Shown here piece after piece: positions 19,727 to 27,706 of a stretch of 32,000 bases of DNA (within the stretch, counting starts at the first letter, position 1; each line of letters opens with the position of its first letter). The stretch is from the NCBI RefSeq assembly GCF_001457595.1, contig NZ_LN831039.1:1860001-1892000 (forward strand), in the 5' to 3' direction. The DNA is from Mycolicibacterium smegmatis. GTDB taxonomy: Bacteria; Actinomycetota; Actinomycetes; Mycobacteriales; Mycobacteriaceae. A program made the translations under genes and the position numbers. The notes below the pieces were generated by a model. The model worked only from the letters and a program-made list of their open reading frames with translations, made no database searches and had not been told where the DNA came from.

Positions 19727-20257
19727 CTGCGATCCGGCATCGGAGTGACATCGCAAGCCCTCCAACATGATTCCGCGGGACCACCGCGCCATTTCAACGG
19801 CGTCGAGGACCATCGTGGTCCGCATATGTGAGGCGACCCGCCACCCGACGATCATGCGACTGTAGGCGTCGGTGATGAAACAGACGTAGGCCACACCCGC
19901 CCAGGTCGGCACGAACGTCAGGTCGGTCACCCACAACTGGTTGGGTGCTTGCGCGGTGAAGTCGCGCCCGACCAGATCGGGATGCCGATGCGCTGCCGGG
20001 TCAGTTCGGGTGGTCTTGACCCGTTTGCCGCGGCGCGCCCCCTCGATGCCCGCCGCACGCATCAGCCGAGCCACCTGGTCACGGCCCACGTCGTAGCCGG
20101 CCCGACGTGCGGTTTTCCACAGCTTGCGGGCCCCGTAGACGCGGTAGTTGTCCTCCCAGAGCTGCTCGAGGACGGGTCGCAGGACCGCGTCGCGCAACGC
20201 GCGCACTGACGCCGGCCTGGTTTTTGCGTCGTAGTAGGTGCTCGGGGCCATCGACAC
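19727..20257 (-). pseudogene. IS3-family transposase OrfB, N-terminal part (split by IS30)
   Basis: YRVYGARKLWKTARRAGYDVGRDQVARLMR...APNQLWVTDLTFVPTWAGVAYVCFITDAYSRMIVGW...LEGLRCHSDAGSQ then reads into IS30; the same frame continues upstream as QIIAFIDDNREEFGVELICTVLRSAGVS, suggesting OrfAB frameshift fusion. Confidence 0.88.
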
Positions 20258-20328
20258 GCCTGCGCTGCGCAGGACGGTGCAGATGAGCTCGACCCCGAAC
20301 TCCTCGCGGTTGTCGTCGATGAACGCGA

Positions 20329-20673
20329 TTATTTGCGATGTTGGCGGTCGAGCTCCGCCCCGAAGAAACTGGCTGCTCGCTTCAGGATCTCGTTGGCGCG
20401 CTTGAGTTCTCGGTTCTCTTGCTCAAGATCTTTGATGCGTTGCGACTCCGCGGTCGACACCCCGGGGGCGTGCCCGTCATCGATATCGGCTTGGCGCACC
20501 CAGGACCGTACCGACTCGACCCCGTAACCGAGCTGGTCGGCCACCCGGGCCACCGTGCCCTGGGAGGTACCCAACTCCGTTCTCAACGTCCGCACCATGC
20601 GCACCGCAGCGGCCTTCTCCTCCGGGCTATAGCGGCGCGTGGTCGGCTTCCCCGGTGACTGTTCCTTCGGCAT
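20329..20673 (-). CDS. IS3-family transposase OrfA
   Basis: MPKEQSPGKPTTRRYSPEEKAAAVRMVRTLRTELGTSQGTVARVADQLGYGVESVRSWVRQ...LKRANEILKRAASFFGAELDR; ATG 20673. Confidence 0.88.
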   Translation of the reverse strand: MPKEQSPGKPTTRRYSPEEKAAAVRMVRTLRTELGTSQGTVARVADQLGYGVESVRSWVRQADIDDGHAPGVSTAESQRIKDLEQENRELKRANEILKRAASFFGAELDRQHRK

Positions 20674-20727
20674 GACTCCATCCTCGTTTCCAAGGTCAAG
20701 AGCCTCCAACAAACCCAGGGCGATTCA

Positions 20728-21316
20728 ATTCAGTCTTGCCGTCCGCGGTCACTTTGGCGGTGGCTTTGTCACCGTCGACGTTGATGTCGGAGATTTCGCC
20801 GCGCGCGGAGGTGTCGACGCTGGCCTCGGGCACCTCGATACCGAGGTCAATGAGGATGCTGGTGTCGACCGGTTGCATGCGCTTTTGATCAGCCGCGCAG
20901 AAGAACTGCTTGGTCGCGGCGAGCGAGCCGTCCGTCTTGGCCATGTCGGCGAAGATTTGTTCGATCGCCCGGGCGTCGCTGGACGTGCCGATCCCACCCA
21001 CGAAGAACAGGACGCCCACGGCAAGAAGCGCCACGACGAGGACGCCGCCCCCGATGAGAAGACCGCGGCCCCCCTTGCCGGAGTTTTGCGGCGGCATGCC
21101 GTACCCGTAGGGGCCACCGCTGTATCCGTGGCCGCCGGGCGCACCGTAGTGCGGCGGCGGTGAGCTTGAGTACTGCGGCGTCGTTCCGTATCCGCTGGCC
21201 GTGCCGTACGGTGCGTGCGGGATAGGCGCAGGTTGCGGCGCACCATAGGGCGGGTGCCCGCCATACGGCGGCGGTTGCTGCGACCTTGAGTTCTGCCCCC
21301 CCCCGGGATATGTCAC
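20728..21316 (-). pseudogene. Pro/Gly-rich N-terminus plus single TM segment secreted/membrane protein, 3' end truncated by the IS3 end
   Basis: VTYPGGGQNSRSQQPPPYGGHPPYGAPQP...GKGGRGLLIGGGVLVVALLAVGVLFFVGG...EISDINVDGDKATAKVTADGKTEL; the last residues NRPGFVGGS are encoded by the IS3 inverted repeat. Confidence 0.7.
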
Positions 21317-21568
21317 GACGGCTCCTTTGTTGAACGTTGTCAGCACAATAACGCCGGTCGCGATACCCGCGACGCACCAATCTGGGGCGAGAACCGCCCC
21401 CAGCTCCCCGTCACCTACAGTCGAACGTCGCATTCCAGACCTGGAGGCGCCAGCCGGCCAAGGAGGCAGGAGCGGTACCCAGCGTGCGGTTTCCCGAGTT
21501 GCGCCGTGAAATTACTGTGCCACTCCGAGTCCGATACAAGCGCTGAAACTAACCACGGGGTCGGGTGT

Positions 21569-22252
21569 TCACGGGAGGGGAATGTCGGGTCGGTAGTGGC
21601 GGAGCCAGGTTCCGATCGTGCCAGTGGCCCAGTTGGTTTCGAATTCGGAGGGAAAGATCAGCGCGTTGGGTGTGCGGTGGGTCTGTCCGCTGGCCAGGCG
21701 CGAGCCGTTGAGGCGGTCATGCATACGCAGCGCTCTTGGGGCTGCTGTCGGTGCGGGTTGCACGGTGCCAGCGCCCATGATGCCCAGGGCGGTTGCCGAG
21801 TGCGCCATACTGGCTGCCGCGTTGACAATCCCGCTGATCGGGAGGATGACGACCTTGGGCCGGCCGGCAACGGTCACGTTCTGCTGCTGGAAGCGGTCGA
21901 TCGCGCTCCACGGCAGGTCCACGACGGTGTTGGCGTCGATTCTGCGCATTCCAGTGGGGGAGAGCACCAACCGCTTGTGCTGGCGGTAGTCGGCCGCCAG
22001 TTGGCGACGCTTCTGTAGGTAGAGGCCCGCGGGGACGGCGACTGCAGTCGCCACGCTCAGCGGGTAATACAACGCTGGCAGATCCGCAAAGATGAGCCCG
22101 AACACGATTAACGACAGGATCAACACCCCGATCGCGATCAGGATCAGCAGCGGGATGAACCGCACCAACGTCTTGTCGGGACGTTGGATGCTTCGCAGTT
22201 CGACCTGCTCACTGAAATCTGGAGGCGAAGTCGGGTTCACAGCGCCGGTCAC
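21569..22252 (-). CDS. Hypothetical membrane protein
   Basis: ORF with two adjacent hydrophobic segments (FIPLLILIAIGVLILSLIVFGLIFADLPALYYPLSVATAVAV). Confidence 0.6.
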   Translation of the reverse strand: MTGAVNPTSPPDFSEQVELRSIQRPDKTLVRFIPLLILIAIGVLILSLIVFGLIFADLPALYYPLSVATAVAVPAGLYLQKRRQLAADYRQHKRLVLSPTGMRRIDANTVVDLPWSAIDRFQQQNVTVAGRPKVVILPISGIVNAAASMAHSATALGIMGAGTVQPAPTAAPRALRMHDRLNGSRLASGQTHRTPNALIFPSEFETNWATGTIGTWLRHYRPDIPLP

Positions 22253-22480
22253 CTTCCCTTCGGATCGACACGCAGCAACAGTCAGATCGGCGACGGTTCA
22301 CATGGTAAGCACACACCACGGGCTTGTTGCGCCACCTTTTCGGAACACTCGGTGGGTTAGCGTCGTCCTTATGCACACCGCGTCGACCACCCTCACGACG
22401 CGTCACCGACGCATCTGCGCTGCCACACGCTCCTCACGCCGATCACACCAGGACGGCGCGTCGCTCCGGAAGGCGACACG

Positions 22481-22804
22481 GTGATCGCATCGGTGGACAC
22501 GACCGTGACGATCGCTTTGTTTGTCGCGCTGATTCCGGCCGTCGGCGCGGCATTCATGATCGGAATCCATCTGATGATGTTGGGCGACAACATCTCTGCA
22601 GACCGTCCTCGCCGCATCTGGGGGATCTATGCCGGGGTCATCGGGGTCCCGCTGTCGGCGGTCGCGATCTATCTCACCGCCGCGGTACTCGCCTGGAAGG
22701 CACACGGACTCACGTTCTACTATCCGCTGATCGGACTCGCAGCCGGCGCTGCGGCAGTCGTCGGAATCAGCGCGCTGGCTGACAAGCTGGCACGGCGACG
22801 GTAG
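22481..22804 (+). CDS. Small hypothetical membrane protein
   Basis: 107-aa ORF with about three hydrophobic segments, GTG start; divergent from 22252. Confidence 0.5.
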   Translation: MIASVDTTVTIALFVALIPAVGAAFMIGIHLMMLGDNISADRPRRIWGIYAGVIGVPLSAVAIYLTAAVLAWKAHGLTFYYPLIGLAAGAAAVVGISALADKLARRR

Positions 22805-22911
22805 GTGACAGGCCCCCGCAGCGAGCAGCCCGTCGTTCACTCGCCATCGCGGGGCAGGGCGAACCTGCTTCCGCCCACCGACGTCAGACCAACGTGTGTC
22901 CGGGTCGGGCG

Positions 22912-23355
22912 CTACGCCAGTTCCTGCGGGGTCAGGCCGTCCGCTCCCAGGGAGCAGAAGGGGCACGGATCGTTGTGCTCACTTCCGTAGTCGGCATAGG
23001 CCGCGACCTGACTGACCACGTTGAGGGCGGTGTCGCCATCGAGTACCGGTAATGCCTCGGGGAACCGATCGAGTGCACCAACAGACGCGACCAACGGGAG
23101 TTCACTTCGCTCCGCGCCGGTCACGTCCACTGTGACCTGCCCATCGACGAACAACGTGTACATGTCGTGTTCGGGGAACCCAAAGTTGAACCGCAGCACC
23201 CACCAGGCCCCAGCCTGCCAGGCCGCGAACGGAAAGAACTTGTATCCCGTGCGCTTCCACTCGGGACTCACCGCAAGATCGACATCCGGGTTCGGCCCGC
23301 TGTCGCGTCTGGCATCCATGTCTACAAAGACTAAGCCGAGACCCGCCGCAGCCAT
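22912..23355 (-). CDS. Hypothetical protein
   Basis: 147-aa ORF of normal globular composition (KRTGYKFFPFAAWQAGAWWVLRFNFGFPEHDMYTLFVDG). Confidence 0.55.
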   Translation of the reverse strand: MAAAGLGLVFVDMDARRDSGPNPDVDLAVSPEWKRTGYKFFPFAAWQAGAWWVLRFNFGFPEHDMYTLFVDGQVTVDVTGAERSELPLVASVGALDRFPEALPVLDGDTALNVVSQVAAYADYGSEHNDPCPFCSLGADGLTPQELA

Positions 23356-23681
23356 TCGAGAAAGATATAGCGATTCGGTACACCCACCGGGCGGGGCGCA
23401 TCGTCAGCGTGACTCGGCAGGCCAGCCCGGAGTCGCGGGTTCTGTTGGGAAGTTCGATCGTGGATGCGAACCTTCAGTGAGAATTTGTCGCCGTTCTGGT
23501 GGGTCAGGGGCCTTGTCCACGCAAGTGGCTAAGCCTCGATCCACCGATGAACTGGCTGGTTATGGGGTGTCGGAATGAGGAAAGTGCCCTTCCCTGGGTG
23601 TCAGGGTGAGTTGAGTCCACTGGTACTTAGCAACTTGGCAACTTGGCTTGATCTCGGGGCGAGAACGGAATCACCTGAACC

Positions 23682-24110
23682 ATGACGACGACGATGGCTG
23701 CTGTGCGCGAGACTGGAGCGGTGGCACCTTCACCGCGATCTGATGGCCCGCGCCGGCGGCGCTCGATTTCTCCGGCGCAGAAGCTGGCCCACCTGGATGC
23801 CTATGAGCAGGCCTGTACGACCAACGATGGTGGGGCGTACCTGCGCGGTGAGGGGTTGTATTCCTCGCAGATCGCCGAGTGGCGCAAACAACGCGATGCT
23901 GGGGTGTTGGAAGGCAAGGCACCTGGGGAGAAGGTCGGTAAACTCACCCGCGAGCAGGCCGAGATCGCCCGCCTGAAAAAGGAACTCGCCCAGGCCAATA
24001 ATCGGCTGGCGACCACCGAGGCTGCCCTGGGGATCATGGGAAAAGCACACGCGCTCTTGGAGTCTCTCTCCGAGAGCGCGGACACCGACACGCCGCCGAC
24101 CAAGCGCTGA
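23682..24110 (+). CDS. Transposase accessory protein (OrfA-like)
   Basis: RRRSISPAQKLAHLDAYEQA...LYSSQIAEWRKQRDAG...LTREQAEIARLKKELAQANNRLATTEAALGIMGKAHALLE. Confidence 0.82.
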   Translation: MTTTMAAVRETGAVAPSPRSDGPRRRRSISPAQKLAHLDAYEQACTTNDGGAYLRGEGLYSSQIAEWRKQRDAGVLEGKAPGEKVGKLTREQAEIARLKKELAQANNRLATTEAALGIMGKAHALLESLSESADTDTPPTKR

Positions 24111-24163
24111 TGGATGCCTACAACGATCTGCGGGGCTGATGGATGCCTACAACGATCTGCGGG
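24106..24163. repeat. Perfect 29-bp tandem duplication at the orfA/orfB junction
   Basis: GCTGATGGATGCCTACAACGATCTGCGGG at 24106-24134 and 24135-24163. Confidence 0.95.
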
Positions 24164-25152
24164 ATATCCAGATTCCGACCCGCAAGGCCGCGGAGGTGAC
24201 CGGCATGCACCGCTCGACGGCCACTCGACGCGCCAAACCCGCGCCGGCGCCTGCCGATCGGGCACCACGACCGGTCCCGGTCAACAAGCTCACCGAGTCC
24301 GAATGCGCCCGGGTGGTTGAGGTGCTCAACAGTGCCCGGTTCGTCGATGCCGCGCCGATGCAGGTGTGGGCCACGTTGCTCGATGAAGGCAGCTACCTGT
24401 GTTCGGTGTCGACGATGTACCGCGTCCTCAATGCCAACAAGCTGGTCAAGGAGCGCCGTCGGCTGGCCCGGCACCGCAAAGCGGTCTGCCCGGAACTGGT
24501 GGCCACCGCGCCGCGGCAGGTGTATTCGTGGGACATCACCAAACTGGCCGGCCCGGTCAAAGGGGTCTACTACGACGCCTACGTGATGATCGACATTCAC
24601 TCGCGTTACATCGTCGGGGTCCATGTGCACGCCCGCGAATGCGGCCAGCTGGCCAAGGAGATGATGGAACAGATCTTCGGCACCTACGGCATCCCACACG
24701 TCGTGCACGCTGATCGGGGCACCTCGATGACCAGCAACACCGTCGCCGGACTGCTCTCGGATCTGGGCGTCATCCGCTCGCATTCGCGGCCCAAGGTATC
24801 CAACGACAACCCCTACAGCGAGTCCTGGTTCAAGACCTTGAAGTATGCGCCGGCGTTCCCGGAACGCTTCGAATCCATCCATCACGCGAGGGATTTCATG
24901 GACCGATTCGTGCAGTGGTACAACCATGAACACCGCCACAGCGGCATCGGGCTGCACACACCCGCCGATGTGTTCTACGGCCTCGCCGGCGGGAAAGACA
25001 CCCAGCGCCGAGCCGTGCTCGCCGACGCCAGGGCGCGCCACCCACGCCGATTCGGCCGCGACACCGCACCCAAGGTCATCGACCTACCTGAATCCGCGGC
25101 GATCAACCCACCCAAACCGGCCGAACAGGAGACCGAAACGGAAGCCGCTTAA
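24139..25152 (+). CDS. Transposase with integrase catalytic core (OrfB-like)
   Basis: SWDITKLAGPVKGVYYDAYVMIDIHSRYIVGVHV, VVHADRGTSMTSNTVAGLLSDLGV, SNDNPYSESWFKTLKY, FVQWYNHEHRHSGIGLHTPADV. Confidence 0.9.
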   Translation: MDAYNDLRDIQIPTRKAAEVTGMHRSTATRRAKPAPAPADRAPRPVPVNKLTESECARVVEVLNSARFVDAAPMQVWATLLDEGSYLCSVSTMYRVLNANKLVKERRRLARHRKAVCPELVATAPRQVYSWDITKLAGPVKGVYYDAYVMIDIHSRYIVGVHVHARECGQLAKEMMEQIFGTYGIPHVVHADRGTSMTSNTVAGLLSDLGVIRSHSRPKVSNDNPYSESWFKTLKYAPAFPERFESIHHARDFMDRFVQWYNHEHRHSGIGLHTPADVFYGLAGGKDTQRRAVLADARARHPRRFGRDTAPKVIDLPESAAINPPKPAEQETETEAA

Positions 25153-25275
25153 CACCCACTGGACTCAAACACCTTGACAAATTCCGGATTGAGCACTGGT
25201 CCATTAGGTCGCTACTGGGTGTCCCCACGCTCGTCCTGTTGTTCGCGATGATGAGCCGGAAGGCGATGAGTGTGA

Positions 25276-25350
25276 ATGATCTACGTAGGAGACGACTGGG
25301 CCGACGATCACCACGACGTGTGGGTGATGGATGAGCAAGGGCAGCATCTA
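25276..25350 (+). pseudogene. IS110-family transposase, 5' fragment (first ~24 codons) split by IS630
   Basis: ATG 25276 reads MIYVGDDWADDHHDVWVMDEQGQHL, which continues in frame after 26455 as ASGRVSEGWTGIAAFHALV. Confidence 0.85.
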
Positions 25351-26409
25351 GTGTCGCGCGTCTGAAGTTTGTTTACGAGTGTGGGGCAGGATTTCGTCGG
25401 CGGTCTTGGTCCACACGAATGGGTGGGCGCGTTGGTTCCAGCCCTCGATGAAGGCGCTGATGGCAGCGATGAGTTCTTTAACGCTGTTGAACGAGCCCCG
25501 GCGGATTGCTTGGCGGGTGATGATCGAGAAGAACACCTCGACCAGGTTCAACCAGGAGCCTGAGGTCAGGGTGAAATGCAGTGTCACGCGGGGATTCTTG
25601 ACCAACCACGCATTGATGTCAGCGTGTTTGTGGGTGTGGTAGTTGTCGCACACCACATGCAGTTTGCGGCGCGGGTAGGCCCGGGCGACCGTCTTGAGGA
25701 AATCGAGGAACTCGGCTTTGCCGTGCCGCTCGTAGCAGCGGTCGGTCACTTTGCCGGTTGCGATTTCCAAGGCGGCGAACAACGTGGCGGTGCCGTTGCG
25801 CTGATAGTCGTGGGTCGCCTTCTCCGGCAGTCCCGGACGCAACGGCAAAATCGGCTGGGTGCGGTTGAGTGCCTGAATCTGGCTCTTTTCGTCCACGCAC
25901 AACACGACCGCCTTTTCTGGCGGGTTCAGATACAGGCCGATCACGTCACGGACCTTGGCCTCCAGTTCAGGGTCGGTGGAGAACTTGAACGTCTCGCGCC
26001 GCCACGGTTTGACCCCGTAGCGTCGCCACGCCCGGGCCACCGTGGCATCCCCGATCCCGAGGTGCTTTCCGAGCAGTCGACTCGACCAGTGGGTCACGGC
26101 CAACGATTCCGGTGGCGGCTCGAGCGTGGTCGCCAGGATCTCGGCGTCATCGACCGTCTTGGGTCGGCCGCTGCGTGGTTCGTCATCAAGCCCCTCAATG
26201 CCGAACGCGGCGAACCGATCCCGCCACTTGATCACCGTCGGCCGCGACACCCCCACCTGCCGCGCCGCACCCGAGGTCCCCGCACCGTCGGCCACCGCCA
26301 GCACGATCCGCGCCCGCTCAACACGGCCGGCAGGCACCGTCGAGGACCGCGTCCACGACTCCAACGTCACACGATCTTCAGAACTGATCACCAATGTGGA
26401 TGACGGCAT
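25348..26409 (-). CDS. IS630-family transposase
   Basis: GTSGAARQVGVSRPTVIKWRDRF, AVVLCVDEKSQIQALNRTQPILPLRPG, KLHVVCDNYHTHKHADI, TLHFTLTSGSWLNLVEVFFSIITRQAIRRGSF; stop codon formed by flanking target DNA. Confidence 0.95.
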   Translation of the reverse strand: MPSSTLVISSEDRVTLESWTRSSTVPAGRVERARIVLAVADGAGTSGAARQVGVSRPTVIKWRDRFAAFGIEGLDDEPRSGRPKTVDDAEILATTLEPPPESLAVTHWSSRLLGKHLGIGDATVARAWRRYGVKPWRRETFKFSTDPELEAKVRDVIGLYLNPPEKAVVLCVDEKSQIQALNRTQPILPLRPGLPEKATHDYQRNGTATLFAALEIATGKVTDRCYERHGKAEFLDFLKTVARAYPRRKLHVVCDNYHTHKHADINAWLVKNPRVTLHFTLTSGSWLNLVEVFFSIITRQAIRRGSFNSVKELIAAISAFIEGWNQRAHPFVWTKTADEILPHTRKQTSDARH

Positions 26410-26453
26410 ACACCATCATCCCACACTGTAAACTAATTAATGACGCGCGACAC
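25351..26453 (-). mobile_element. IS630-family insertion sequence, 1103 bp, inserted in IS110 transposase gene
   Basis: Ends GTGTCGCGCGTC...GACGCGCGACAC with TA at 25349-25350 and 26454-26455; similar sub-terminal segments GTTTGTTTACGAGTGTGGG / TTAGTTTACAGTGTGGG. Confidence 0.93.
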
Positions 26454-26455
26454 TA

Positions 26456-27592
26456 GCCAGTGGCCGGGTGTCTGAGGGCTGGACTGGGATCGCGGCGTTT
26501 CACGCGCTGGTGGCAGCTCACTGTGAGGACTCTGAACAGGTGGTAGTCGGTATCGAGACCGACAACGGGTTGTGGGTGCAGGCCCTGCACGCGGTTGGCT
26601 ACCGGGTGTATGGGATCAATCCGCTGTCGGCCTCTCGGTACCGCGACCGTCACTGCGTGTCGGGGGCGAAGTCCGATGCCGGCGACGCCAAGATACTGGC
26701 CGACCTGGTACGCACCGACCGCCACAACCACCGCCAACTAGCCGATGACAGCAGCGCGGTCCACGCGATCAAGGTATTGGCCCGCACCCATCAGTCACTG
26801 GTGTGGGCACGCACCCGCCACAGCAATGCTTTACGGGCCGGGCTCAGCCAGTACTACCCGGCCGCACTCGCGGCGTTCCCCGACATCGACGGCCGCGACG
26901 CGTTGGCGGTGTTGCAACGCGCCCCCGATCCCTCCGCAGGCGCAACGTTGAGCCTGTCCAAGATCAGCTCTGCCCTCAAAGTCGCTGGACGCCAACGCAG
27001 CATCGATGCCCGCGCCCGAGAGATTCAGACTGCGCTGCGCAGCCCACAACTACATACCTCTGATCAGGTTGTAGCCGCACTGTCGGCAAGTACCACCGCC
27101 ACCGTGGCGGTTCTGCTTGTTCTCAACACCCAGATCAGCGAACTGCAAACACAGCTGACCGACCATTTTGAGACGCACCCGGACGCCGACATCTACCTCT
27201 CCCTACCAGGACTCGGTGTCATCCTCGGCGCCCGGGTGCTCGGTGAGTTCGGGGATGACCCGAACCGCTACACCGATGCCAAGTCTCGCAAAAACTACGC
27301 CGCCACGTCGCCGATCACCGTGGCCTCGGGCCGGCGACGAGCCGTGATAGCCCGCCACATCAAAAACCGGCACCTGGCCGATGCCATCGACATGTGGGCC
27401 TACTCCAGCCTGCGCGCCAGCCCCGGCGCCCGCACCTTCTACGACCAGCACCGCGCCGCTGGCGACACCCACCACCAAGCACTACGAGCACTAGGTAACC
27501 GATTCATCGGCATCCTCCACGGCTGCCTCCGCCACCACACCCACTACAACGAACACACCGCCTGGGCACACCGCACACCCAACGCCGCTTGA
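26456..27592 (+). pseudogene. IS110-family transposase, main body, 5'-disrupted
   Basis: GIETDNGLWVQALHAVGYRVYGINPLSASRYRDRHCVSGAKSDAGDAKILADLVRTD... LPGLGVILGARVLGEFGDDPNRYTDAKSRKNYAATSPIT; lacks the first catalytic Asp encoded at 25276-25350. Confidence 0.88.
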
Positions 27593-27706
27593 CCGTTACA
27601 ACCTAGGGATGTCTCGCGGCTGGTGATTGTGCACAGACGCTGATTCATCCACAGACCACGCAAAAGGCGTCCGCCGCCGCAGCGCGTGGGCCAGACGATC
27701 ACTGGT

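Larger units (their letters stand above)
17923..20727 (-). mobile_element. IS3-family element, interrupted by a nested IS30-family element
   Basis: Ends TTGAATCGCCCTGGGTTCCCCGGAGGCTC (left, from 17922) and reverse complement TTGAATCGCCCTGGGTTTGTTGGAGGCTC (right), 25/29 identical; orfA and split orfB inside. Confidence 0.82.
23599..25179 (+). mobile_element. IS3-like two-ORF insertion sequence
   Basis: Approximate ends TGTCAGGGTGAGTTGAGTCCACTGG and (reverse complement of right) TGTCAAGGTGTTTGAGTCCAGTGG flank two transposase ORFs; no clear target duplication. Confidence 0.65.

Noticed and set aside
24106-24163. 29-bp repeat as a CRISPR unit
   Set aside because: Only two directly abutting copies with no spacer; it is a tandem duplication inside a transposase junction.
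23590-25190. Target-site duplication around the IS3-like element
   Set aside because: Flanks CTGGG and AATTC do not match for any boundary I could support.
17352-27648. Shared 11-mer AGACGCTGATT at ~17352 and ~27636, considered as island boundary repeats
   Set aside because: Too short and the neighbouring bases diverge; likely chance or a minor IS-end similarity.
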